A DNA stretch of 53,170 nucleotides from a plasmid. The stretch is from sequence record NZ_CP023007.1; one strand, given 5' to 3'. Below the pieces are notes generated by a model. That model was not told the origin of the DNA, searched no databases, and was given only the letters and a program-made list of their open reading frames with translations. Both the position numbers and the translations under genes were made by a program. Position 1 is the first letter of the stretch, and the number at the start of each line of letters is the position of its first letter. Of this stretch, positions 1 through 9,311 are shown piece after piece.

Positions 1-1541
1 TGTCCGTAACGGAAAAATTAAGCTACAAATCTTGGTCTGCAATTAGTCTTATTTTACATAATGGTTTAAAAAAATATAAACCAAAAAATAGTAAACTAGT
101 TCAACTCAATCAAGAAGTACATAACGATAATAAGACTGGTTCAATTGCTGTTTTTCGTAATAAATCATCAATGAGTCGTGACATGGGTTTTGTCGTGACT
201 TCTGAAGAAGCATTAATAGAAAACATTGAGACACTAACACATTGGACACCTAATACCTTTAATTGGTTAGGATATGATAACAGCCGTAAACATATTAAAG
301 GGCATTCAGAACGTAATCTAAGCCAAATTAATGCGTTTGTAGTTGATATTGATTTTAAAGATGCTCTAGATAGAGATCGAAACCTGAATCTGGTTAATAG
401 CAGCATAGTCTTAGATGACCATATTCTACCCACACTTGTCTTAAAAACTGATAAAGGGTATCAAATTTACTATATCTTGGATCGCCCAGCATTTTTATCA
501 AAACATAAAAATGGTAGTATGCCTGTTTTAAGCGCGGCTAGAAAGATTTCTGAAAATATAAAAGGTACGATTATGGAAAAAATACCTGCTACTGATGTAG
601 GATGTAATAGTTTTGGAATTTTTCGGATCCCGCGGGAAGATAATATTATTTTTTTTGAACCAGAATTGACCTACTCATTTGCTGGTTTTTTAATGTGGAG
701 TAAGTCAGTCACACAAAAAAGTAAGGAAAAGCGTAAGAGCAATCTAAAAGTAATTAATAGTCCGCATTCTCAATATAGAAAACAAACCGATCAAGCTTGG
801 TTTAGAATTATGTTGACAAAGCACAACATTAAACCAGGTCAAGGACTAGGACGTCACAATACTATACTTACACTGGCCTTAGCGTGCTACTCTTCTGGAA
901 AAAACCAAAACGATGCCTTCAATTTATTAGATGAGTTTAATTCATACCTTGAAGATCCTTTAGACGTACGAGATATGCAGCGTTGCGTCCGTGACGCTTA
1001 TTCTGGCAATTATAAAGGTGCATCTAAACTTTATATTGATGAATTAATAGATACCTGGGCAACACCTGATGAGAAGCGCATTGTGGTGCAAGAAAGTAAC
1101 GTTCAATGGTACAAGTGGGCGAAGCCTCGCACAGAACGCGTCTATAGTCACGTGTCAGAATGGCTAAATGATGTGATTGAACTAATTAATAAAGTTAGCT
1201 CTGGAGCAGACAAAGTTATTATGTCAACCAGGGCTATTCGTGATGCTCTTGATATTTCTCCATCAACCTTGAATAGGGTGATGAAACAAGCCATTTCATC
1301 TAATAAGCTAATTGTAAAAAAGGGGAAAGGAAATCAAGCGTCACAAATTGCAACTTTAGAAATGGTATTAAGAGCTTTATATCGGAAAAGAGAAGCAGAA
1401 TCAATAGCTTGGGTTAATTACCTTGAGGCTTTTTTGAAGTTACAGAATAGGCAGTATATTGAGGAACAAAGCGTATTTTCAGATGTTGAAGGAATTGATG
1501 ATGAAGTAGATAGATTTGGAACCAATATAAGTACGGGGTGA
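1..1541 (+). CDS. Theta-replication initiator, Inc18 RepR/RepE/RepS-like (PriCT-type); 5' end runs off the window start (the in-frame N-terminal extension occupies nt 3-170; the ATG appears split between nt 53170 and nt 1-2)
   Basis: Motifs VTSEEA..THWTPN..KGHSE.NLSQIN.FV.DID and GIFRIPREDNIIFFEP match my recollection of pIP501 RepR and pAMbeta1 RepE. The frame is open from nt 3 (SVTEKLSYKSW..KNSKL..GSIAVFRNKSS), resembling the RepR N-terminus. An AAAGGAG RBS sits at 53153-53159. Confidence 0.75.
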   Translation, partial: SVTEKLSYKSWSAISLILHNGLKKYKPKNSKLVQLNQEVHNDNKTGSIAVFRNKSSMSRDMGFVVTSEEALIENIETLTHWTPNTFNWLGYDNSRKHIKGHSERNLSQINAFVVDIDFKDALDRDRNLNLVNSSIVLDDHILPTLVLKTDKGYQIYYILDRPAFLSKHKNGSMPVLSAARKISENIKGTIMEKIPATDVGCNSFGIFRIPREDNIIFFEPELTYSFAGFLMWSKSVTQKSKEKRKSNLKVINSPHSQYRKQTDQAWFRIMLTKHNIKPGQGLGRHNTILTLALACYSSGKNQNDAFNLLDEFNSYLEDPLDVRDMQRCVRDAYSGNYKGASKLYIDELIDTWATPDEKRIVVQESNVQWYKWAKPRTERVYSHVSEWLNDVIELINKVSSGADKVIMSTRAIRDALDISPSTLNRVMKQAISSNKLIVKKGKGNQASQIATLEMVLRALYRKREAESIAWVNYLEAFLKLQNRQYIEEQSVFSDVEGIDDEVDRFGTNISTG

Positions 1542-1594
1542 AATCTCTTAATTTAGTGCTACCAATTGCCATTAGATTTTTTATCTCTTAGATA

Positions 1595-1828
1595 GGTAGC
1601 GTCAAGAATCTTGTGTAAATGAAATGCCTTCGTACATATAATATGTATCTAACTTAAATAAATGATGCTTCCAAGGTGTCCTGGAGTCCTTTGAACCCTC
1701 GGTGGATCCGCTTCAGAGACTTCTCGTTATAAACATTAAACTGAGAAACCAGGAAGCGATCCAGTGAATCTTCCGTTGGAAATTGTTCTTTGTGGTGGGT
1801 GGTGCGCTTGAGATACTTATTAAAGTTA
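1595..1828 (-). mobile_element. IS256-family right-end fragment (terminal IR plus last ~70 codons of the transposase); the ORF 1654..1875 is chimeric
   Basis: C-terminal motif KRTTHHKEQFPTEDSLDRFLVSQFNVYNEKSLKRIHRGF is present. The terminal sequence GGTAGCGTCAAGAATCTTGTGTAAATG is nearly identical to the copy at 27412-27645. Confidence 0.75.
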
Positions 1829-1847
1829 TAATATAGATACTCAAAAG

Positions 1848-2087
1848 TTGGACTTTTCCACAGCCCAATTCTCACCAGCAGAACTAGAAAAGCAAAGCAA
1901 GGATTTGGTGAACCATTCTAATGACTTCTTAACTGATGAAGATAGTGGGCTCCCCGTTTTCTTAGAACCCGAAGCCGTGCAACTACTTAGCTTTTGGTGT
2001 CGCACTCCACAACAAATGCATCGTTTTATTGGCATTATCTTAAATGCTAATGAGTTGAAAAGGATCATCAAGATATTGGGGTTCTAA
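1848..2087 (+). CDS. hypothetical protein (possibly the 5' part of a gene disrupted before 2117..2320)
   Basis: ORF only; no recognisable motif. Confidence 0.25.
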   Translation: MDFSTAQFSPAELEKQSKDLVNHSNDFLTDEDSGLPVFLEPEAVQLLSFWCRTPQQMHRFIGIILNANELKRIIKILGF

Positions 2088-2116
2088 TCCCGCTTGACGA
2101 CGAAGAACTAAAACCT

Positions 2117-2320
2117 TTGATGACTAAAGCTTTGAGACGCTACTTTAACGCCCTAAGAAGCAATGAGAAGCACATCAAGAACGTGGAGAACTACTTATAC
2201 GGCACCATGCAAAACCTATTTGGCGTTTGTTGGGATAAACAAGCGGCTAGAGAATATGCGGCCAAACACCCCGAAGAAGAAAAATCGGCCGACAACGATA
2301 ACAGTGGGTTGTACTACTAG
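2117..2320 (+). CDS. hypothetical protein
   Basis: ORF only. Confidence 0.25.
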   Translation: MMTKALRRYFNALRSNEKHIKNVENYLYGTMQNLFGVCWDKQAAREYAAKHPEEEKSADNDNSGLYY

Positions 2321-2569
2321 TCCTAAAAGGCTACAAAATCCTTTCTAAGCGATTTTAAGACTTACTAACCTATTTTACTTAAGTTAGATTTAAATGGCTT
2401 AAACATAAGAATAGGGGCTTTTAAATGAGTGTCAGAGCTAACCAGCTCAAAAGTTCAGCCTTTAGATCAACGCCAAGCTCAAGTGATTTGAGGCCAAGGC
2501 TTTATCTATTGATAAGGTACTCAAAAGGTAGTATAATGGTAGTAGTAAAAGAAAGGAGATGAGACAATC

Positions 2570-2851
2570 ATGGCAGTTAAGGGAAAGAAACGGGTCCAAG
2601 TCAAGATTGATAAAGATTTGGCCGATGATACCGAAGCAATTTTAAGCGAATTGGGCTTAAATCCAACCACGGCCATTAACATGTTTTACAAGCGGATTGT
2701 TGCTAATGGTGCTTTACCTTTTAATGCGTCTTTAAGCGAAGAAGAAAGAGCTAATTTACGCTTTTTAAAGGCGACCGAAGGGACACCAGTCACCGAGTTC
2801 AAAGACGCTAAAGAGGTCGCTGATTGGCTCAACGACCCAGATGAGGACTAA
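2570..2851 (+). CDS. RelB/DinJ-family type II antitoxin
   Basis: N-terminus MAVKGKKRVQVKIDKDLADDTEAILSELGLNPTTAINMFYKRIV is a typical DinJ ribbon-helix-helix. An AAAGGAG RBS is present. The ORF overlaps the downstream ORF by 11 nt. Confidence 0.75.
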   Translation: MAVKGKKRVQVKIDKDLADDTEAILSELGLNPTTAINMFYKRIVANGALPFNASLSEEERANLRFLKATEGTPVTEFKDAKEVADWLNDPDED

Positions 2852-3347
2852 TGACTTAGTCAGCCTATACGTTAGTTTTGTAGAAACTAACGGTGGCAAG
2901 TCTCGGCCAGTTTTAATTCGTCGGGTATCAGAACAGACGGTCGAGGCTTTTAAAATTACTAGTCAGTATGAAAAGAAGTCGGCTTATATCAAGCAACAAT
3001 ATTATCCGATTCAAGATTGGCAATCCGCTGGGTTGAAGAAACCTTCCTGGGTCGATCTTGGTAATATTTATCGCTTTCCCAAAGCCGGTTTAAACTTTAA
3101 AGAAATCGGTCATTTAAGTAAGCTAGATCAAAATAAAATTTCAGATTTTACGCTTGACCTAAAATCAAAAAGAAGAGGTAAGGGTCAAAAGATAATTCAA
3201 CAGCGATCAAGTAAAAGGAAGCACAAAGAAAGTAAAGCAGAGCTTACACAAAGAATTCAAAAACAGTTAAAAGACTTTGCTAAACACAATCCAGAAATTA
3301 AGCCAAAAAACAATCCTGAAAATAAAAACGATCGGCCTAGTTATTAG
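2841..3347 (+). CDS. putative PemK/MazF-fold toxin (~100 aa core) with a ~65-aa lysine/arginine-rich C-terminal tail
   Basis: GGKSRPVLI..ITSQYEKK..WVDLGNIY..IGHLS..KI resembles the PemK/MazF pattern (RPxlVv..piTs..S.v.l.qi..id..rl..iG.ls..ki). It is translationally coupled to the antitoxin. The tail reads KSKRRGKGQKIIQQRSSKRKHKESK... Confidence 0.45.
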   Translation: MRTNDLVSLYVSFVETNGGKSRPVLIRRVSEQTVEAFKITSQYEKKSAYIKQQYYPIQDWQSAGLKKPSWVDLGNIYRFPKAGLNFKEIGHLSKLDQNKISDFTLDLKSKRRGKGQKIIQQRSSKRKHKESKAELTQRIQKQLKDFAKHNPEIKPKNNPENKNDRPSY

Positions 3348-3627
3348 GTTGATCGTTTTTTAATTTATCCGGTTTATGGGCGTTAACATAGTCAGCAAAT
3401 GTTTTTAAAAGTTCTTCGGTTTGTTCGACCGAGAGGTTATTAGCTTGAAAATATTTTTCAAGCAAAGCACCCTTTTGAATTAATCGGCGAGAACGAGCTT
3501 TGCGTTCTTGTCGGCTTTCATAGTATTTAGATTGCCGTAATTTAAAATCTTCCCGCTCAATTTTTTGTTTTAAACGCGCTTGTTGTTCAACTAGTTTTTC
3601 ATATTGATTAGGCATAGTCATTACCAC
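3337..3627 (-). CDS. small coiled-coil mobilisation accessory protein (MobC-like?)
   Basis: Charged, coiled-coil protein divergent from mobA, on the far side of oriT. Confidence 0.35.
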   Translation of the reverse strand: MVMTMPNQYEKLVEQQARLKQKIEREDFKLRQSKYYESRQERKARSRRLIQKGALLEKYFQANNLSVEQTEELLKTFADYVNAHKPDKLKNDQPNN

Positions 3628-3637
3628 CTAACTATTA

Positions 3638-3877
3638 TTAGTTATTTTGATCTTGATTTAAAAAGGCGGCAATTTTTTTAGCAATCATTTTAATTTGTGG
3701 AGTGGTCAGTGTTGCATAATTCAAATTAGATGATTTAATGATTTCCTTACCAAGGCTTTGTTCAATTTTGCTTTTTTCAGCTTTAATCTTTTGATTAAGC
3801 TGTTTTAATTTAGCTTCTTGTTTTTCTAAGTTACTTTTAGACATAACGATCCCTCCAATCATATTAGAAATAATCAC
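3638..3877 (-). CDS. small coiled-coil protein, probable mobilisation accessory
   Basis: Same operon and orientation as 3337..3627. Confidence 0.3.
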   Translation of the reverse strand: MIISNMIGGIVMSKSNLEKQEAKLKQLNQKIKAEKSKIEQSLGKEIIKSSNLNYATLTTPQIKMIAKKIAAFLNQDQNN

Positions 3878-3989
3878 CGAAACTATATCATATAGGAAAC
3901 GTTAAGTCAAAGTATAAAAGTTGAAATAGCGAAGCGGAAGGCATACACTAAAAATAAATTCAGGAGAATCAGTAGACCGAGTAAAACGA

Positions 3990-4035
3990 GGTCAATGCGC
4001 ACTTACACACAACAACTAAAGTTGGTTGTGTTATT
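3990..4035 (-). promoter_or_regulatory. oriT, MOBQ-type (imperfect IR followed by TAAGTGCGC nick core)
   Basis: The minus strand reads ACACAACCAACTTTAGTTGTTGTGTG-TAAGTGCGCATT. The RSF1010-type nic core is GTAAGTGCG|CCCT. The site lies 80 bp upstream of mobA. Confidence 0.6.
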
Positions 4036-4115
4036 GTGCTAAACCCTTGTATCAGAAGTCGCCGTTGGCGACAACAAAAGCAAACCCATAAACCCAAAGA
4101 AAGGTGGTGACCGAC

Positions 4116-6179
4116 ATGGCAATTTTTCACATGAGCTTTAGTAATATTAGTGCTGGAAAAGGAAGAAGCGCAATTGCTGGAGCAAGTTATAGAAGTGGTG
4201 AAAAGTTATTCGATCAAAAAGAAGGTCAAAGCTATTTTTATGCTCGGTCAGTCATGCCAGAAAGCTTTATTTTGACACCAAAGAATGCGCCAGAATGGGC
4301 GAGTGATAGAGAGAAATTATGGAATGAAGTCGAAAGAAAAGATCGGCGAGCAAATTCACGCTATGCAAAAGAGTTTAACGTGGCTTTACCAGTTGAATTA
4401 AGTGAAGACGAACAGAAAGAATTATTGACAAAATATGTACAAGAAAATTTTGTTGATGAGGGTATGGTTGCCGACGTAGCAATTCATAGAGATAACCTAG
4501 ATAATCCGCACGCTCATGTTATGCTAACTAATCGTCCATTTAATCCAGACGGAACATGGGGATTGAAAAGTAAAAGGGAAAATATATTAGATGAAAATGG
4601 GAACAAGACTTATACAGGAAATAGTCGTTTTCCAAGATCAAGAAAGGTGTGGCTAGTTGATTGGGATAAAAAAGAAAAAATTACTGAATGGCGGCACAAT
4701 TGGGCGGCTAGTGTCAATCAAGTTTTAGAGCAAAAAAATATTCCGGATCGGATCAGTGAAAAATCATTTATCGAGCAGGGAATAGATGATATACCAACTC
4801 AACATGAGGGAATCAATAGCAAGCGGCATGAAAGAAAAGAATTTAACCAACAAGTAAAGAACTATCGCAAGGCCAAAGCCAGTTATAAAAACAACCAAGA
4901 AAAAGTAATCAATAGAGGTCATTTAGATAGTCTAAGCAAACATTTCTCGTTTAATGAAAAACGGGTGGTCAATGAGTTAAGTCATGAACTGAAAACTTAT
5001 ATCAGTTTAGAGAGCTTAGATGATAAACGGCGCATGCTATTTAATTGGAAGAACAGTACCTTAATTAAACATGCAATTGGTGAAGATGTGACTAAAAAAT
5101 TATTGACGATTAACCAACAGGAAAGCTCATTAAAAAAGGCAGATGAACTCTTAAATAAAGTAGTCGATCGCACGACGAAAAATCTTTATCCAGAGCTTAA
5201 TTTTGAACAGACCACGCAAGCTGAAAGACGAGAATTAATTAAGGAAACCGATAGCGAACAAACAGTTTTCAAGGGTAGTGAATTAAACGAACGTTTAATG
5301 AACATTCGTGATGATTTGTTGACCCAACAATTATTGACCTTTACCAAACGGCCATACGTTGGCTGGAAGTTATTAATGCAACAAGAAAAGGAAGTCAAAA
5401 TCGAACTGAAATATACGCTGATGATTCATGACGATAACTTAGAAAGTCTAGAACACGTCGATCAAGGGTTACTAGAGAAATATTCACCAACCGAACAGCA
5501 AAAGATTACTCACGCAGTCAAAGATCTACGGGCAATCATGGCCGTTAAGCAAGTCATTAAAACGCAATACCATGAAGTATTGAAAAGGGCCTTTCCCAAA
5601 GGTGATTTAGATGGATTGCCATTGATTAAACAGGAACAAGCCTATACAGCCGTGATGTACTATGATCCTGTTTTAAAGCCATGTCAGGCTGAAACGATTG
5701 AACAGTGGCAAGCAAATCCACCACAGGTGTTCAGTCCCCAAGAACATCAACAAGGACTAGCTTATTTATCGGGACAGCTTAGCTTAGATCAGTTAGAAAA
5801 TCATCACTTACAACGGGTTTTAAAGCATGATGGCACTAAACAACTCTTTTTTGGCGAATGCAAAGCCGATCCGACGATTAAGAACAGTCAGATCGAGAAA
5901 ATGCAAAAACAGTTAAAAGGGCAACAAGCCAAGGACGACCAGTATAGAAAAGAAAATATCGGACATTATCAACCGCTAAATTACAAGCCAGTTAGTCCAG
6001 ACTATTACTTAAAGACGGCCTTTAGTGACGCGATCATGACTGTTCTATATGCTCGTGATGAAGATTACCAACGACAAAGACAGGCGCAAGGTTTAAAGGA
6101 GACTGAGTGGGAAATGACGAAAAAGCAACGGCAACACCAAACTCGAAATCGGCATGAAGATGGGGGCATGCACTTGTAA
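4116..6179 (+). CDS. mobA: MobA/MobL-family conjugative relaxase
   Basis: N-terminus [31 protein letters not shown] and the HAHVMLTNR histidine motif. The RBS AAAGGTGG is 8 nt upstream of the ATG at 4116. Confidence 0.85.
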   Translation: MAIFHMSFSNISAGKGRSAIAGASYRSGEKLFDQKEGQSYFYARSVMPESFILTPKNAPEWASDREKLWNEVERKDRRANSRYAKEFNVALPVELSEDEQKELLTKYVQENFVDEGMVADVAIHRDNLDNPHAHVMLTNRPFNPDGTWGLKSKRENILDENGNKTYTGNSRFPRSRKVWLVDWDKKEKITEWRHNWAASVNQVLEQKNIPDRISEKSFIEQGIDDIPTQHEGINSKRHERKEFNQQVKNYRKAKASYKNNQEKVINRGHLDSLSKHFSFNEKRVVNELSHELKTYISLESLDDKRRMLFNWKNSTLIKHAIGEDVTKKLLTINQQESSLKKADELLNKVVDRTTKNLYPELNFEQTTQAERRELIKETDSEQTVFKGSELNERLMNIRDDLLTQQLLTFTKRPYVGWKLLMQQEKEVKIELKYTLMIHDDNLESLEHVDQGLLEKYSPTEQQKITHAVKDLRAIMAVKQVIKTQYHEVLKRAFPKGDLDGLPLIKQEQAYTAVMYYDPVLKPCQAETIEQWQANPPQVFSPQEHQQGLAYLSGQLSLDQLENHHLQRVLKHDGTKQLFFGECKADPTIKNSQIEKMQKQLKGQQAKDDQYRKENIGHYQPLNYKPVSPDYYLKTAFSDAIMTVLYARDEDYQRQRQAQGLKETEWEMTKKQRQHQTRNRHEDGGMHL

Positions 6180-7812
6180 TCACAAAATTAGTGATTGGTT
6201 GATCGGTATGAATGGTAGTCCCTTATATACTTTATTGTTGAGACAAAATGGGGTGCACGGGGTGTATTCAATTGGTCGCGTGCAGACGCCAACCTTGTAT
6301 ATGGTCTATCAAAGAGACCAGGCAATCAAAAACTTTAAGCCGGAACCCTATTTTGAACTAAATGCGGAAATTTTAGCCAATCAGCAAAAATTCGCCGCAA
6401 AATTAGACCCCTATCAGCGGTTTAAAAACGAAATAGGGCTAATGACATTCATGCAAGCTAAACACGTTCAGAAAGGCTCACAGGGTGGTTTAATCAAGGA
6501 CGTGCAAAAACGGGCTAAAAAGAGTGCTAGTCCACAACTATTCTCGCTATCCAGTCTGCAAAGCGCCATAAATAAACGGTATCATGCCACTGCCAGCCAA
6601 ACCTTAGCGGCCATTCAGAGTTTATACGAAGCCAAGTTTCTTAGCTATCCCCGAACCGATTGTGCTTATATCACTGATGAAGAATTTGAGTATTTAGTGG
6701 CTAATCTGACGAAGTATCTGGGTTTAGTCTCTAAGCCAGTCGCTTGAACCAATACCACCCCAAATAAGCGCTATGTTAATGGAAAAAAGGTTGAAGAACA
6801 CTACGCCATTATCATGACTAAAGTCGTCCCGACTAAAGAGAAATTAGCCAGCTTACCTAAAATACAGCAGCAAGTCTATGACTTGGTTTTAAGAACGACG
6901 TTAGCGATGTTTGCTGATCCTTACGAATATGAAGAGACCACCATTATCACCCAAGTTGGCGACGTCAATTTTAAAGCGACGGGTAAGGTCCCAACTAAGC
7001 AAGGTTGGCAAGCTTTATTTGATGATCACAAAGCCGACCAGCAAGTGGCAGCCAACCTCCCGCTCGTTCACCGAGGCGATCAGGTTAAAGCAAATCTGCA
7101 AACACCACAAAAAGAAACGACACCACCGGTGCCCTTTACCGAAGATACCTTAATTACGGCAATGAAGACGGCCGGTAAAACACTTGATGATGAAGAAGCC
7201 CAAGCGATTCTTAAAGATGTGCAAGGCATTGGGACAAGTGCAACCCGGGCCAATGTGCTGGAAGTGTTAAAGAAACGCGGCTATCTCGTCACTGAAAAGA
7301 ACAAGCTCCACGTCAGTGAAGCGGGGATTACTTTATGTAAAGCGGTTGAACTCGAACCCTTGTTAACTAGCCCAGAGATGACAGCAAAATGGGAGCAAGC
7401 GTTACAGCAAATGAGTACCGAAGAACGCACTCCGGATAATTTTTTGAGCCAAATCAAGAAGTTTGTGGCGAAGTTAATCGCTGATGTTCCCACACAATTA
7501 ACCGGCAATGCAGCCATTAAGCAACAAATTGATCATCAACAGCAAGCGCAAAAAGTTGCCGAGGTGTTCTTAGAAACACCACAAGTAACTGTCGTAAATA
7601 AACAAAAGTTTTACATTGTGAATCCCAAGCAAGGTGAGGACTTTACCCTACCCAAGAAATGGAGTAGCAAGACGCTTGGTAAGACCGCAATTAAAGCGCT
7701 GGTCACCAAGGGGGAAACGAGCAAATTAAAGGGTTTCAAGAGTAAAAAAGGAAAGTCGTTTGACGCCAAGTTAAAGCTTGACGGCCATAAATTAAGTTTT
7801 GATTTTGATTAG
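6154..7812 (+). pseudogene. topB: DNA topoisomerase III remnant: the N-terminal TOPRIM domain is missing and an in-frame TGA at 6745-6747 splits the rest
   Basis: SIGRVQTPTL and the active-site LSYPRTD motif are present. The 6154 and 6814 ORFs share one frame, separated only by TGA. Confidence 0.8.
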
Positions 7813-7935
7813 AACCTGCCTACCGCGCCCTATACTACGTTCCGGTTGGTTAACCCGTCATTTAGGTTCACTTTTACAATCCCAAAAGTAAACCTGAACA
7901 ACGGGTGAGATTAACAAAGCAAAGGAGATCATAAA

Positions 7936-8064
7936 ATGAACAACGAATTAGCAGTTTTAGCCAGTGAATTACCCGTTTTGCAAGCTAAAGGAACCTACAA
8001 GTATTTAAAAGAAATCACTGGTAACGGAGCCAAGTATCCTATGACCCACGTAACATTCAATTAG
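7936..8064 (+). CDS. small ORF (42 aa) with a strong RBS, possibly the 5' remnant of a gene cut by the IS5-like insertion
   Basis: AAAGGAG-N7-ATG. The reading continues in another frame to ~8135. Confidence 0.2.
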   Translation: MNNELAVLASELPVLQAKGTYKYLKEITGNGAKYPMTHVTFN

Positions 8065-8135
8065 TTAAATATGGTTTTAAAGTAGGAACTGATTATGTTG
8101 TCCCAACTATCAATTCACCTAAAGCTAAAGCTTCA

Positions 8136-8995
8136 GAGGCTGTCCAAGATCTATGATTTTTGATATACCCCTATGTAAAAAGCGAGTTTAAGCTATGAAA
8201 AATTACCCCAGCAATATTACTCGGCAACAATTTGAATTAATTCGACCAGTTTTAGAAAATTTTCGTAAGCGAACCAAGCCTCGAAAATATGACCTCTACG
8301 AGGTCTTCTGCGCGGTTCTGTATGTCTTGAAAACCAGTTGCCAATGGCGTCAAGTTCCCGGTGATTTCCCAGAATGGCGGTCAGTTTACAACTATTACAA
8401 AATTTGGTCAACTAAAGTTGAACCAACCGCTGATTCTTTATTGGAACAAGTTTTAAAAAAATTGTCATTGATCGGCGAACTTACCAAGGACGTTTAGCTT
8501 TAACTTCGTTTATTATCGTGGACGCTCAGAGCGTCAAAAACACTGCCACTGCTGAAAACAAAGGTTACGATGCCGGTAAGAAAATCTCGGGGATTAAGCG
8601 CCATCTGGCAGTTGATATCCATGGCTTTCCGCAGGCCATTCACATGACGCGAGCGAACGTCTCTGATCGAGACGGGGCCAGTGCAATGATCGCTTTACAT
8701 GCCATGCATTTACGCCAGGTTCAAAATGTCTTAGTTGATGGTGGTTATTCAGGCGTTAATTTTCAGCTCGATGTAGCCAGTAATTTAAACGCAACCGCGT
8801 AGGTTGCGAAGCGCAATGAGTTGCATCGATTCGAAGTCATGCCCCAACATTGGGTAGTCGAACGATCTTTTAGTTGGCTAGAGAATTGTCGGCGACTTCG
8901 GAAAAATTGTGAGCGTCAATTAACCACCAGTCTGCAAATGGTCGTTTTAGCGTTTTTAGCACTATTACTCAAGAGATTTTAGACAGCCTCTAAGC
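8136..8995 (+). mobile_element. IS5-family (IS427-group-like) element, ~860 bp. orfA is 8195..8497; orfB is 8518..8979 and carries an in-frame TAG at 8800
   Basis: Terminal IRs AGAGGCTGTCCAAGATC / GATTTTAGACAGCCTCT. The orfA motif is YDLYEVFCAVLYVLKTSCQWRQVP. The orfB tail is HRFEVMPQHWVVERSFSWLENCRRL. Layout is the typical two-ORF -1 frameshift arrangement. Confidence 0.75.
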
Positions 8996-9120
8996 TCTGC
9001 CTGGATGACCAAATACTTTTTGCGACCCGAGCCCCGACCATGAAATTTCTCACGAGTACCGAACACCTGAATGTTTGTGTCTGTAATTCCCAGTAATTTA
9101 AGCGTATTATCTAGTTGAGA
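8994..9120 (-). mobile_element. ISL3-family 5' fragment (start codon plus ~45 codons), ~95% identical to 12121-12256
   Basis: [24 protein letters not shown]... It abuts the right IR of the IS5-like element. Confidence 0.7.
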
Positions 9121-9202
9121 CATCTATTCCTACCCCGCTTATCTTGAGTTTCGTCGCTTAAAGCATAGCACTAGGGAGGCTTAGATGCTTTTTTTGTTAT
9201 CA

Positions 9203-9256
9203 AAAAGGGTCTAGTACTTTTGGAATGGAAATACTTTCCAACACCAAAAATTCTAG
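9203..9256. repeat. 54-bp imperfect palindrome made of two outward-facing 27-bp IRs (GGGTCTAG...CTAGACCC); a second copy lies at 46557-46610
   Basis: The two copies differ at one base and are in opposite orientation. Confidence 0.6.
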
Positions 9257-9311
9257 ACCCTGTCGGAGTCTAAAACATGATAAGATTTAGTCAATTAGGA
9301 GAATAAAAATC

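Noticed and set aside
110-433. Minus-strand ORF 110..433
   Set aside because: It is antisense to the 5' part of the rep gene, whose frame is open and homologous.
1654-1875. 73-aa ORF as a real gene
   Set aside because: Only its C-terminal 40 residues are IS256 transposase sequence. The N-terminal part runs across the fragment boundary into unrelated DNA, so the ORF is chimeric.
5186-5398. Short ORFs nested or antisense within confidently assigned genes (e.g. 5186, 6911, 7281, 12053, 12813, 15052, 16116, 16407, 16662, 18468, 19146, 20186, 22624, 24053, 25204, 25666, 25946, 29410-30740 minus-strand set, 31001-31744 set, 32487, 33451, 35815, 39206-39974 set, 40969, 41259, 41830-42498 set, 42631, 43185, 44240, 47489, 48537, 51475)
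   Set aside because: All overlap, in another frame or strand, a longer ORF with clear family motifs. They have no RBS or homology signal.
9203-9256. Calling the 54-bp palindrome the IRL of the adjacent ISL3 copy
   Set aside because: The intact-end region of the resident ISL3 (10.9-11.0 kb) shows no similar terminus. The element has two outward-facing ends of its own, and the second copy (46557) is not near any ISL3 sequence.
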